From: Eledone cirrhosa
Lineage: Eukaryota
Assembly (NCBI GenBank): GCA_964016885.1
Contig: OZ024743.1
Span: 146,320,001-146,384,000, forward strand
DNA: 64,000 bases
Direction of reading: 5' to 3'
Numbering within the stretch: position 1 is the stretch's first letter; the number at the start of each line of letters is the position of its first letter. Of the stretch, positions 14,853-29,121 are shown one piece after another. The position numbers and the translations under genes were made by a program. The notes under the pieces were generated by a model that saw nothing but the letters and a program-made list of their open reading frames with translations, was not told where the DNA came from and made no database searches.

Positions 14853-15358
14853 TGTAAGTATGTATGTATACGTACATACATATATGTATACAGACGTACA
14901 GTAGCATGCATATATATATATATATACATACAGGTACACATACATATATGCACGCATCAGTTTAGCGGACGCTTATTATAACGCCGCTTTGTTCGTTTGT
15001 CAACAAACTGAACAGCCTGAATTTATGCCATACAGTGTTAAGGCAACCAGGTCACCTTTTTGTTCAACACTGACACAGGAACGATGTACTAGTTTCAAGC
15101 TTGTTAGCTATCATCAGCACCGTTTACCCATCTGCCAGATAGTTGAACGTTCGAAAGTATATACTTTCCTTATGAAAATTAACGGCTGAGCAGCCTAATT
15201 TGCATAATGAGTGAGTTAAATCGGTCAGGCATACCGAAAACGATAAGTTGAAAAAAATGAAAACGAAATTTCATTTCTCACTCTTAGTATGGCACTTACT
15301 TAAATGTAAGTATGTATGTATACGTACATACATATATGTATACAGACGTACAGTAGCA

Positions 15359-15422
<64 letters not shown>

Positions 15423-15527
15423 CAGGTACACATACATATATGCACGCATCAGTTTAGCGGACGCTTATTATAACGCCGCTTTGTTCGTTTGTCAACAAAC
15501 ATGCGTGCATATATGTATGTGTACCTG

Positions 15528-15575
<48 letters not shown>

Positions 15576-15611
15576 TGCTACTGTACGTCTGTATACATAT
15601 ATGTATGTACG
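14853..15611 (-). mobile_element. Retrozyme-like non-coding element: ~450-nt unit in partial tandem with an inverted end segment
   Basis: Direct repeat 14853-15008 / 15305-15500, inverted copy 15501-15611, HHR in the unique part. Confidence 0.7.
15080..15124 (-). ncRNA. Canonical minimal type I hammerhead ribozyme
   Basis: AACGGUG-CUGAUGA-U AGCU(AACA)AGCU U-GAA-ACUAGU-A-CAUCGUU; GUA site, 7-bp stem I, palindromic stem III. Confidence 0.9.
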
Positions 15612-16880
15612 TCACTTGTGGCAAAGGCCCTCAACAGGATGATTCTTAACAGGATCCAACCTCAGATGGAGAAGAAGCTCAGGGACAACCAGAATGGCTT
15701 CAGAGAGGGTAGATCAACCACCAGTCACATCCTGATGCTGAGGAGGATATTAGAGGGAGCTAGAGCAAAGTGCCTTCCTGCGGTCATGGTTTTCATTGAC
15801 TTTAGGAAGGCCTTTGATTCTGTGGACCGTTACTGCCTGATGAAGATCTTACAGGCTTATGGAATCCCCAAGAAGATAGTGGACCTGATATCACTGCTCT
15901 ACACCAACACCAAAGCCCAAGTCATTACACCTGATGGGATGACAGAGTTCTTTGAGATACTGGCTGGAGTGCTCCAGGGAGATATATTGGCTCGCTACCT
16001 TTTTATCATCATAGTGGACTATTGTATGCGCCTTGCACTGGAGAAACACCAGGACTCTGGCTTTACTGTAGCACCGGCTCAGAGCAGGAGAGTTAGGGCG
16101 AAAAAGGTATCGGATGCTGAATTTGCCGACGACATAGTTTTGGTGACAAATACAGTGAAGGAGGCAGAGGATTTGATGCGGGAGGTTGAGACTGTGTCGA
16201 TGAGTGTGGGGCTGAGAATGAATGAGACTAAAACAAAATATCTGGTAGAGAATGTTGAGAAGCCAGAGGGGATCACTAATGTAGGCGGGAAGCCGCTGGA
16301 ATTGGTTGAGGACTTCCTGTATTTGGGAGCAAAGATTGGGAATACGGAAGATGATGTGGTTGAGAGGAAGAGCAAGGCCTGGGCGGCGTGCCACAGCTTG
16401 AGATCGGTGTGGAAGTCGAACCTTCGTAGAGACCTGAAAATCCGCCTCTTCATTGCTGTAGTGGAGTCTGTGCTGCTGTATGGGTCTGAGACTTGGACAC
16501 TGACCAAGAAACTCACTCAGATGGTGGATGGGTGCTACACGAGAATGCTGAGGATAGCTCTGAACATTAATCAGTATACACTGAGGATGAAAAACTCAGA
16601 GCTGTATGGGAGCATCCCAAAAGTCAGCTCAAAAGTGACACAGAGGAGACTGAGGTTGGCTGGACATGCTCACCGACATCCAGAGTTGACATTGCACGTA
16701 GTGCTCCTTTGGGAGCCCCTACATGGACACACTAGAAGAGGAAGACCAAGGTTAACATATGTTGATGCCCTAAGGACAGACACTGGTCTGTTGGAGATGC
16801 AGGATATGGCAGCGATAATGAGGGACAGAGACCGCTGGAGAGAACTCGTCCATAGATCTCGGGAATTTTCCCCTCCTTAG
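15612..16880 (+). mobile_element. 5'-truncated RTE-clade LINE with an uninterrupted RT and C-terminal ORF
   Basis: NQNGFREGRS, FIDFRKAFDSV, GVLQGD, FADD, LLYGSETW, LAGH; the first ~41 aa of the ORF track entry are not part of the element. Confidence 0.93.
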
Positions 16881-16896
16881 ATATATATATATATAA

Positions 16897-16932
<36 letters not shown>

Positions 16933-16964
16933 TGATATATATATATTTATATATTTATATATAT

Positions 16965-16965
<1 letters not shown>

Positions 16966-16996
<31 letters not shown>

Positions 16997-17875
16997 TTTA
17001 CGTCCGCTTTTCCCTGCTTGCAAGGGTGGGACGGGTCTTATTCAGCACAGCATCTCTCCACTCGTCACGGTCCTTCGTCATCTCCACCGTGAGCTTCAAT
17101 GGTCTGAGGTCTGTTCTCACCACCTCCGCCCATGTTTTTCGTGGTCTACCTCTACCACGTCTTCCTTCAACTGGCATTTCCTGGCACTTCTTCACCCATC
17201 GGTCATCCTCCATGCGCATCACATGTCCATACCACCTCAGTCTCCTCTCCCGTACACTTCATTCTATCCCTCTCAGACACAGTTTCTCTCTCAACACATT
17301 TATGCTGGGTCGTTCACGCACATTTACACTGCACATCCAACGGAGCATGCTTGCCTCATTTCTCTCCAGCCGTCGCATATCCTCTGCAGTTGCTGCCCAT
17401 GTCTCACTACCATGCAGCATCGCGCTCCTCACACAGGCATCATACAACCGGCCTTTCGTACGCAGGGAGAAACCCTTTTTCATCAACAGAGGAAGCAGCT
17501 CCCTAAACTTCTTCCAACCCATCCTTATTCTAGATACTATGGCCTCGGAACACCCTCCTCCCATGCTAATCTGATCTCCTAGGTACCGGAAGCTATCCAC
17601 CACTTCTATAGCGCCCTCTTGCATTTGAAAAATGTGTCTATCAGTGCGACTTCTACTGTCTAATTTCCCTGTACATCTACTGCATACATATTTCTCCCTA
17701 CCTGTTAGTTTGCCTGCTATCCCGCTACATCTCTTGTGTACCCAGGATCTGCATTGTGTGCATTTTATAGAATTTATGCCAGTTCCATTTCTGCATATCG
17801 AACATGGCCATTTCCCTGACGGAATCAGGGTTTTGTCCTCTTTTCTACTCATCAACACTTTTGTCTTAGCTATAT
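16966..17875 (-). mobile_element. 5'-truncated RTE LINE, short-UTR subfamily (donor of the SINE A tail)
   Basis: KTKVL..WPCSICR..CTQC..HKRC..CSRC..MLHGSETW; (GAT)n tail. Confidence 0.92.
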
Positions 17876-17901
17876 TATATATATATATATTGATATATAT
17901 A

Positions 17902-17984
<83 letters not shown>

Positions 17985-18091
17985 TTATATGTTTATATAT
18001 GTATATATATTTATATCCCTTGCTAGCAGGGAAAGTGGATGTTAAAATGATAATGATGATGATGAAATATATGTGTATATATGTATGTGAC

Positions 18092-18123
<32 letters not shown>

Positions 18124-18702
18124 AGAATATGTATATATATGTGTGTGTGTGTGTGAGAGTATATATATATATATACATACTTGCACACATACTTGCTATA
18201 CTACTGTATTACTTCTTTATGATCATAAGTAATTAATGGATTGGGGACTTGTTCTATATTAGAAAATCCCTACAGCATAGATAGTGTAATAAACTCTGCT
18301 CAAATCACTGTGAGGCAACAAATAAGCTGATCCAGGCTAAAGACTAGTTTTATATAGCCTTCTTTGGAAGTATATTTTTGGCAAACAACCTCAAAGAATA
18401 ATTTCTTTTCTTCAAAGGAGCACCTGAAGACAGCTGCAATATTTGGATAGCCAGGAGCATTGATAATTACTTTGATGCCTTTCTGTGTGCCCTGGTTATT
18501 CGAGGATTTTTCATTTCCAGAGGAAATCACGATGGCTAAAAATGTAATAAAAAATATAAATAAATAGAAGTAGAAAGAAAAAAAGGAGAGCTGGTAAAAA
18601 GGAGTGGAGATTGCAAATTGATTATTATTGTATATACATGATTTAAGTTGCTGATCTTGAGCTTCTCTACTTAGATACACAAACTTAATCTTCCAAGTAC
18701 AT

Positions 18703-18753
<51 letters not shown>

Positions 18754-20261
18754 TTAGGTTTGTTGGTTCACCACATTTTACTCAATAATATATATATATC
18801 ATCATCATCATCATCATCATTTTATGTCCGCTTTTCTCTGCTTGCAAGGGTGGGATGGGAACTGATTGTGGCTTGATTTCTACAGCTGGATGCCCTTCCT
18901 AACACCAACCTCATTTACAGTGAGTGCTGGATGCTTTTTTGCTGTGGCACCTCCACGACCACTTTGCAGTGGAATGATAGGGACCCCAGTCCCAATCATC
19001 TCATTTCTACAGCTGAGTCAACTGGAGCAATGTGAAATAAAGTGTCTTGCTCAAGGAAACAACACATCACCCGGTCTGAGAATTGAACTCACAACCTTTC
19101 GATTGCAAGGCCAATGCTCTAACCACTAAGCCATGTGCCTCCATATATATATATATATACACGTTAAACGATGATGATGATGATATATAGATATATATAG
19201 ATATATATGAATAGATAACAACATATGTGCATACCTAACTACATACATAAATACATACCTCTATCTTACATAATCACAAATCCCTAGAACTATCTTGACT
19301 AAAAATAAAATCTAGTTACTTTGTTAGTGAGCCACTTAACCCTTTAGCATTTACATTACTCTATATATATGGTGGCACATGGCTTAGTGGTTAGAGCATT
19401 GGCTTTGCAATCGAAAGGTTGTGAGTTCAATTCTCAGACCGGGTGATGTGTTGTTTACTTGAGCAAGACACTTTATTTCACATTGCTCCAGTTTACTCAG
19501 CTGTAGAAACGAGATGATAGGGACTGGGGTCCCTATCATTTCACTGCAAAGTGGTCGTGCAGGTGCCACGGCAAAAAAGCACCCAGCACTCACTGTAAAT
19601 GAGGTTGGTGTTAGGAAGTGCTTCCAGCTGTAGAAACCAAGCCAACAATCAGTTCCCGTCCCACCCTTGTAAGCAGGAAAAAGCGGACGTAAAATGAAAT
19701 GATGATGATGATGATGATACTATTATATTTTGGGGTTAAAGGCTTTACCTCACATAACATCTCACATAATATCAAATCTATGAGATTTTGATATTATTTG
19801 TTTTGAGAACAATACCTTAACATCAGTACGAGCAGCCAGTTATGGTCGGTTTGGACAGAAAGAGGTAAGAGAATTCTGGCCAGATATGGCCGGTTTAAAT
19901 GCTAAAGGGTTAAATTCTGTAAAGAAGAACTAACTTAAATAAATCTCATAAAAAGAATATATGCAAACATGCATATATGAGGGCCGGCTGAAATGTTCAC
20001 AGACAGAACAAGATACTCTCATGGAATGACCAAATGAGGTTAATTTTTCAATATAGTCCCTGGAAAGAAACAATGCAGTTATTAATAAGAACAGTTGATA
20101 TTAATGCATACAATATTTCACAGCTTTAGCATCACCCCTTTATAGTCAGCCTACGATATTTTCAGCTGACCATTGTATATATATATATATATATATATAA
20201 TCAAGGTTTAGCAAATAAGAAAAAGTTTCAAAATAAATTTCAAAAAATTCACTGCATGGTT

Positions 20262-20326
20262 ACCTTTGCCGAAACGGTTTCGAGTCTCAAAAATAATCTA
20301 GAAAAGATAAACTCTCGTCAGAAGGT
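20262..20326 (-). ncRNA. Type I hammerhead copy with U16.1C change (GCA site) and shortened stem II
   Basis: ACCUU-CUGACGA-GAGUUU...AGACUC-GAA-ACCG(UUU)CGGC-A-AAGGU. Confidence 0.7.
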
Positions 20327-20726
20327 TCTTTTCCCTCGGAGAATATAAAATTCCCAAGTTCGAATTACGAACCGGCGCTATTCAAAATTGTTCCCGAGAT
20401 GAGAATGAATGATGTGGAAGCAATTCTGTCCAGTGCCGTGTGCAAAGATAGAAGGCAAAGGCAGGGAGGTCAATCTACTACCACTATAAATAGCAGTAGT
20501 CAAAACGACCAAATTTTATCTCGACCAGGGGGAGATTAATAATAATAAAGTATATATCCCTACACACAAAAATCGTATAGGGACACATGTATTATCCAAC
20601 CATATGCCAATGTGGTTCAATGGCAGGTTAATAAATTAACGAGCCAGAACATATATAATCAAGGTTTAGCAAATAAGAAAAAGTTTCAAAATAAATTTCA
20701 AAAAATTCACTGTACTTACTATGGTT

Positions 20727-20813
20727 ACCTTTACCGAAACGGTTTCGAGTCTCAAAAATAAATGGATAGTCCTTGCGGGCCTCCATTGAAAAGATAAACT
20801 CTCGTCAGAAGGT
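20727..20813 (-). ncRNA. Intact type I hammerhead with extended, GCAA-capped stem II
   Basis: ACCUU-CUGACGA-GAGUUU..AAUGGA..CC(GCAA)GG..UCCAUU..AGACUC-GAA-ACCG(UUU)CGGU-A-AAGGU. Confidence 0.88.
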
Positions 20814-21611
20814 TCTTTTCACTCGGAGAATATAAAATTCCCGAGTTCGAATTACGAACTGGCGCTATTCAAAATTGTTCCCGAGATGAGAATGAATGAT
20901 GTGGAAGCATAAAATACACATACATACACATGTTCATATATACATAAATACATACACACTCACACATACACACAATTATTAATATCTTTGGTTATGTTAC
21001 TAAATGTCTAAGTAGTAATGTTTCTAGTAAATGAAGAGACCAGCAAACACATACATTGTAAGAACCAAGAGATTGGCAGAATCGGTAGAGCATCAGACAA
21101 CATGCTTAGCAACATAGAATTACAGCCCTTTACGTTCTGAGTTCAAATCCCGTTGAAGTTAGCTTTGCCTTTCATCCTTACAGGTTTAATAAAATAAAAT
21201 ACCAGTAATGCACTGGGGTTCGATTTTATCACCTTTCCCTTTCCTCCAAAAATTGTTGGCTTTGTGCCTAAATTAGAAACCATTATTTTATACAAGACCC
21301 ACCGAGGTTAACTTTGCCTTTCATCCTTACGGGGTCGATAAAATAAAGTACCAGTAAAACACTGGGATAATTGCTGGCCTTGTGCCAAAAGTAGAAACAA
21401 TTATTTTATACAAGACCTTTCTAAATTTCACCACGTTACTCTTATGTGAAGTCCAGCAATCAGCTCCATTTTATAGGAGGAATTCAAATAATGAAAAAAG
21501 AAGAAAATTGGCATACATATACATACATACAGGGCCAGATTTAGACCTTGGGGGTTTAGGTTTGGTGGGTTCCTTATATAACAACACTCACACACATGTA
21601 TGTGTGTTCTT

Positions 21612-21657
<46 letters not shown>

Positions 21658-23067
21658 CATATGCACATAAGCAGGAAGAGAGAGAGAGAAGGAGTGGGAT
21701 AGAAGGACAGAGAGAAAGAGAGAGAAGATGGCAGCAGAGATTGAATACAGAGGAAAAGATTTGAATTTCTTCAAATACATCTGCCCACTACCAGAACGAT
21801 TGGTGATGGTGTACACACACAAGCATATAACTATACACACACACATATAGATATATATATACACATCAAGCACCTTCATTGATAAACTATTCATACACAT
21901 AAACATACACTCCTGCTTTCACTGACTGATGTCACTAACATAAAGAAATATTGATAAATTGGCACAAAAGTAACATCAATTACATTTTTAAAAACATACT
22001 CTCTAAAAGATAAAATTATGTTTATGATCAGAGCCGTATTCTTAAAAGGTAGCAGGAACTCTATTTGAAGTGAGGACCCTGCTTGAAGAAGGGGCCGTGT
22101 TTGGAGAGGAAGGCCCTGTTTGATGAAGGGTGCTCACAGCATTCACCCCCATCTCGCCAATAAATCCAGCCCTGCATAATTTTCTGAGCTAATGATGGCC
22201 ACTACAAACACCTTTTTCTTATCACTGGAATACAGCTGCTCCCAACTCAACTTCTGAAATCCAACTACAGAAACTTCAGAATACAGGCTTTGAATATCTC
22301 TTCTCACTTGGCACACAGACAGACCCACATGCTTATACAGACACACATAAACACATACATATATATATATATATATACACTAATAATCCATACAAACTCA
22401 CTTGGGCACACACACATCACCCATGCATAAACATATATACTCGTGTACACACTCACACCATTATAGATAAACATACACACAAACAACATTCACATATGCA
22501 CACACACACACACACAGCCAAACAAACACACACACATTCTCATTGACAATACACAAAAAACACACATAGACTGAACTACACACATACATATATACACTGA
22601 TAATACACTCATACATACATGCCATCACAAACAAAATATACACCCCTCCGACATACATATACACACAAACAAAAAATAAAAACAACACCACACATATGAA
22701 ATACACCTCACCTGTACATGCATAGCAGTGCAAATAATAGACTCAGATGCTCCGACTTGTCTGGTCTCTGACTATGACAACCCATCCAACCCATGTGAGT
22801 GTGAAAAGTGGACATAAAATAATTGTTTCTACTTTAGGCACAAGGCCAGCAATTACCCAGTGCATTACTGGTACTTTATTTTATCGACCCCGTAAGGATG
22901 AAAGGCAAAGTTAACCTCGGTGGGATGATATATATATAATTATTATCATTATATTTTGGGAGGGTCTTGCTACCAATAAATACACACGCATCTATTGGTT
23001 TTCTCTTCAATTTATTATAAATTTCTGGTTGGCTGGTTGTTTCAATAACCGGATGGTTGTTTATATA

Positions 23068-23114
23068 TTGTCAAAGCTCTTTCGTCACACATTCTGTGAC
23101 CTCCTCAGTGACTA
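23068..23114 (-). ncRNA. Minimal type I hammerhead in a short pLTR-like fragment (~22935-23165)
   Basis: GUCA-CUGAGGA-G GUCACA(GAAUG)UGUGAC-GAA-AGAGCU-U-UGAC. Confidence 0.78.
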
Positions 23115-23176
23115 GGTTTTTATTTTGTGTCTCTCCTTTGTTCTGTCCTACACCATCATTATTTTATATATATCAC

Positions 23177-24404
23177 TATCATCATCATCATCGTCATCGT
23201 TTAATGTCTATCTTCCACTCTAGCATGAGTTAGATGGGAATTGTCCCACTTGAGGCAAGATTGATCGGGTGACCGTGTCTCGCTCATATAGGACTGTATC
23301 TGGCAGGTTTTCTACGGCTGGATGCTCTTCCTATCACCAACCACATTTACAGTGTGGACTGGGAGCCTTTTTAGCGTGTCTCCTACACGACCACTTTGCA
23401 GCGTGGACTGGGTTTTTTTTTTTTGTGACACATACACAACTTCTTTAGTTTGGACTGGATGTTGTGGTACCAACATAACTTTACAGAGAAAGGGTGGTGT
23501 TGGTGGGAGTGAGAGGACAGAGTAGGGGTAGTGGGTTGGGGTGTATATTTGGTTAAGAGGTGTCTACTGACTGTAGGTTAACTTTGTATGGGTCTTCTGT
23601 ATTACTGCGTGGCACCAAAGATCTCGATCCAGTGACATAGAGAGGTGTAAGTGTGCAAGGTCGGATTTTATCATGTCGTCCAGGTTTTTCTGGGTCTACC
23701 TACTTCGTAACTTCCATCAATTTTGATCGGCCTGCACTTTTTTATACAGCTGTCTTCTTTCATGCGCATCACATGACCATACTAACATAATCTTCTCTCA
23801 AGTAGACAGCATCTGATCCCTCTTATTCCTAATTCTCATTTAGTTCGTTTATGTTTTGTTGTTCGTCTATATTACTATTACATATCCATCCAATGGAGCA
23901 TGCATGCTTCATTGCTTTCCAATCTGCGCAGGTCCTCTGCACACAATACCCATGTCTTACTGCCATGTAACATTGCTGTTTGTATACAAGCATCATACAA
24001 TCTGCCTTTCATTTTTTAGAGAGAAATTTTTTGTGGCCAACAGCAGTATAAGCTCTCTGAACTTTTTCCATCCTGTACCACCACTGGTGATTTTGTCACC
24101 CAGGTAATGGAAAGTGTCCACTATTTCTATAGAACCATCTGGGCAGTAGAAGGAGCTAGTATCCTGTGGGCACTTGCTACTTATTGCACCTGAGCATCGG
24201 CCACATATAAAATATACATTCTTAGATAGCTTGCCTGTGATCCCACTACATCTTTTATGTACCAATAATTTGCATTTGGGGCCTAGAATGGAATTTCTAC
24301 CTACTCCTTTCCTACACACTGAGCATGGCCATTTCCCAGAGGGCACTTGTCCCTATTTTCCTTTCTACATACAAACTTGTCTTAGACAAGTTAACTTTAA
24401 GGCC
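23177..24404 (-). mobile_element. 5'-truncated, decayed RTE LINE
   Basis: Homologous to the 3' part of 41674-45270; frameshifted ORF. Confidence 0.9.
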
Positions 24405-24467
24405 ATATCATCATCATCATCATCATTTTACGTCTGCTTTTCCCTGCTTGCAAGGGTGAGACAGGAA

Positions 24468-24518
<51 letters not shown>

Positions 24519-25054
24519 CTTGCAAGGGTGGGATGGGAACTTATATATATATATATATATATATATATCAGTTCCCGTCCCACCCTTGCAAGCAGGGAAA
24601 AGCGGACGTAAAATGATGATGATGATGATATATATGTATTCATATATATGCACAGACACAATCACATACACACACACATATTAAATTCAATTCAATCCAA
24701 GGCCTTCTCACTCTTGCTGGAGGAACTCCTCTCCCCCTCTCTAGTTAACCGCCACTGCTTTCTGTTTGGTTTTTGTCATGTCAGGAGTGTAGCCGTACTT
24801 ACCATGCTTGGCCAATTGCATGTTGGAGGGGCTATTTAATCCATAGTTGGGGTGGATGGCAATTGACTCTGAGGAGTTCATCTTCCCCTTTTTTAACAGC
24901 TCTTGTTTCTTGTGTTGCTGGGATGCAACTTACCCTCCACACCAGACCAGGGTTTGGTGGGGGGGAGCTGGTTTAGACACCAATTACTTGACCATGAGGC
25001 AGGTTGTACTGGGTTTCATGGTGCCAGTAACAGGCAGAAGCTTGACCTAACCTG

Positions 25055-25090
<36 letters not shown>

Positions 25091-26338
25091 AATGCCGTCA
25101 TCATCATCATCATCATCATCATCACTATTTAACATCCCTTTTTCCATGCTGGCATGAGTTAGATGAGTTATCCTGTTGTGAGCAATGTCAGGTCAGGTGA
25201 CTATGTCTTGCTCATACAGAACCGATTCTGGCTTGGTTTCTACAGCTGGATGCCCTTCCTAGTGCCAACCTCATTTACAGTGAGTATTGTGTACTTTTTA
25301 TTGTGAAGCCTACATGACCACTTATATATGCATATGGTAGGAATATCTAATTTGTGGAATTTGATGATAATTATGTACATCTTAAGAGTACCTAGTATAT
25401 ATTCAACTCAATGTAATGCTTAACAGTATAAACAATTCTGATAACATTTATTGTAATCACTCACTAATAGAGGCCTGTGTTCCTTATATCAGTGATGGGG
25501 CTTTAATAATTATACTCTATTTATATACTACACACTAAAATGTACCATACTGCACTATAGATTCCAAGTGGCATATTTCCTTCTTATTTTAACCAATGGA
25601 TTCCTATAAATAGGTGAGTTTGTTTCAAGTATGATAGTAGAATCTTCTAGAATCTCCATCAAACTCGAAATACAAATCAAAGCTATTGTGTTATCTCCCA
25701 AACTATCTTCATTTTTGCATATTACTAATTCTATATTTTCTTTAAATTTTATATAAATTTTCTTCATCTAATTAATCATATACCTTTTCTTTCTAAAATT
25801 CAGAATATCTATTTTACAAATTTGGTTAGATGATTTTATAAAGAACTAAGAAAAAACAAACAAAAAAAAATCAACAAAAACAAACAATAATATAAAGTAA
25901 AAAATAAATAATAATAAAGGCAAAGCAAAGGAAAATCCTCCAAAAATCTCTGGTATATTGTAATTAGAGATCTAGATTATATTCTTTATTATATTTCATT
26001 TTATTATTGTTCCCCACCCCAAGACGTTTTTTTCCCCCTTTCATTTACAATCCAAACATTTTTGTGGCTTGAGGCTAGTAGAAGGTCAGCTTGTTTGAAA
26101 ACTAGATGGATTGTTCAAACTTTGACGTGGTTTTATTAATTTGTGATCTTGTTCAATTAGCTGTGATGTTTCAGATGTTACACAGCTAATAGCTGTCGGT
26201 CACAAATTTAGTTAACTTAGTTGTCATCAAGCTTGGCAATTATTTTTCAAATTATTTTTGTTGGAAAATGGAATATTAACAGTAAAACACACACACACAC
26301 ACACACATGCACACATACACACACACACATACACACAT

Positions 26339-26376
<38 letters not shown>

Positions 26377-26484
26377 TGTATTTTACTGTTAATATTCTGT
26401 TTCCCCCAAAAAATAATTTGAAAAATAATATATATATGTATATATGTATATATGTATATATGTACATATATGTATATATGTACA

Positions 26485-26559
<75 letters not shown>

Positions 26560-27380
26560 ATGTATATGTAAGTATATATATGTGTATATATAACATTACT
26601 TTCTTATATATATGTGTATAGATAACATTACTTTCTTATATATATGTATATTACACACATACACACATACACATACACGTGTATGTGTATGTGTGTGTGT
26701 ACATGTGTGTGTGTATGTGTGTGCATGTGTGTATGTGTGTGTGCATGTATAAACAACGAAGAAAGGGAAAATATAACAAAGATACTCATAAAATAAATCA
26801 ATGAAACAAAAAGAAATAAAGTAAGACGTGAAATAATTTTTCTGTCAATATTTTATAATATTATTCAAAAGTTTTATTTTTGACTAAAACAGCCATTAGA
26901 TTTTGTTTCAGTTGGGGGCCTGTATGCCCCTGCACATGTAGGGGTGAGAAGCAGATCCCTTTATTTAGTTTACTTATCAATATTTGACATAAATCACTAA
27001 ATAACATATAGTGACAAAATTGTTTATGTATAGAGGCTATAATAACAGATGAGACAACTAACTATCCTGTGGTAGATTAGGCGGCAAATTAGCAGAGTCG
27101 TCAGAACGTCAGATAGAATACTTTGTAGTATTCATTTTGGCTTTCTACTCTCTGAGTTCAAATCCCACTGAGGTCAACTTTGCCTTTCATCCATTCAAGG
27201 TTGATAAAGATTGTACCAGTCAAGTACTGGGGTCAATTCTACCTCTATATCTCTTTCTCACTTCTTTTCTCTCGCTCTCTCTATGGAAGAAATCTACTGT
27301 ATTCAGGCCCGGTTTAAAAAATGCCCTAGAAACACTGTATTTCAATATGGCGCCTCTACAACTCCTCAGGAGTTACGGGT

Positions 27381-28457
27381 CCATACCATCCCATACCATC
27401 CCATACCATACCATCCCATACCATACCATCCCATACCATACCATACCATACCATCCCATACCATCCCATACCATACCATCCCATATAATACCATCCCATA
27501 CCATCCCATACCATACCATCCCATACCATACCATACCATCCCATACCATACCATACCATCCCATACCATACCATACCATACCATACCATCCCATGACATC
27601 CCATACCATCCCATACCATACCATCCCATACCATACCATCCCATCCCATACCATACCATCCCATGACATCCCATACCATACCATACCATACCATACCATC
27701 CCATACCATACCATACCATACCATCCCATGACATCCCATACCATACCATCCCATACCATCCCATACCATACCATAGCATACCATACCATAGCATACCATC
27801 CCATACCATCCCATCCCATCCCATACCATACCATCCCATACCATACCATACCATACCATCCCATACCATCCCATACCATACCATCCCATACCATCCCATC
27901 CCATACCATACCATCCCATACCATACCATACCATCCAATACCATACCATCCCATACCATCCCATACCATACCATCCCATCCCATACCATACCATCCCATC
28001 CCATACCATACCATCCCATACCATCCCATACCATACCATCCCATCCCATACCATACCATCCCATCCCATACCATACCATCCCATACCATACCATACCATC
28101 CCATACCATACCATACCATCCAATACCATACCATCCCATACCATACCATCCCATACCATCCCATACCATACCATCCCATCCCATACCATACCATCCCATC
28201 CCATACCATACCATACCATACCATCCCATACCATCCCATACCATACCATCCCATACCATCCCATCCCATACCATACCATCCCATACCATACCATTCCATC
28301 CAATACCATACCATCCCATACCATCCCATACCATACCATCCCATCCCATACCATACCATCCCATACCATACCATACCATCCAATACCATACCATCCCATA
28401 CCATACCATACCATCCCATACCATACCATACCATCCCATACCATACCATACCATACC
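27381..28457. repeat. Pentanucleotide satellite (CCATA/CCATC)n, ~215 units
   Basis: Direct reading; rare CCATG-ACATC, GCATA and CAATA variants. Confidence 0.98.
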
Positions 28458-29030
28458 AATGTGGTAGTGCTAGTACTATGATGAAATACACCTAGTTGAC
28501 TCTGTAAATTGATAGTGCTAGTGTCACAAAAAACACTGTAATGTGTTTGGTGTTAAGAATGACTATTTAATAACACACAGAACCTATTATGTTCATTTTT
28601 GTTTATTTCTTCATTGTATTGCCTACTATGAATTGCCAAAAGCTTCCGTTGCACCTTGTGACCTTGTCAGTATTAAAATTCCACTGTATTCATTGAAATT
28701 CAATTTCTGGTCTGATATTATATGACTTTTGAGTTGACTTTTGATTTTTTGTTTATGCTTTCAAAACGTAGGATTGTTTATTCCTTTTAAAACATAGGAT
28801 TGGTTAATGACATTTACATGTCAGTTATATAAAGCTAACATTGGAAAGATGACATTGTGTGTGAGTGGCCACCCTCATTTTGAACTTTTGGATTCAATTC
28901 CTCTGTGTTTTTCTTTTCTTCCAACCTGCCTGCCATTGGTTTTATTTATATGTTATCATTATCATTATTATTACCATTATTATTAATATATTTTTTTCTC
29001 AAGATGTTTGGATATGTATATATATGTATA

Positions 29031-29067
<37 letters not shown>

Positions 29068-29121
29068 CATCATCATCATCATCATCATATATATATATAT
29101 ATATATATAATACATGGAGGA

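Larger units (their letters stand above)
20195..20909 (-). mobile_element. Retrozyme-like / non-autonomous PLE: ~460-nt unit, 1.5 copies, an HHR in each repeat
   Basis: Direct repeats 20195-20422 and 20651-20909 separated by ~230 nt of unique non-coding sequence. Confidence 0.8.

Noticed and set aside
15489-15611. N-terminal extension of the 463-aa RT ORF
   Set aside because: Chance in-frame read-through from the inverted non-coding repeat
24950-25050. Possible HDV-like ribozyme in an RTE-like 5' UTR relic (ACC-UGCCUCAU-GGU on the minus strand)
   Set aside because: Could not build P1, P2 or P4; too degraded to support
27137-28495. 452-aa HTIPY and 360-370-aa WYGM repeat ORFs
   Set aside because: Pentamer satellite is open in several frames on both strands; the plus ORF begins inside a SINE
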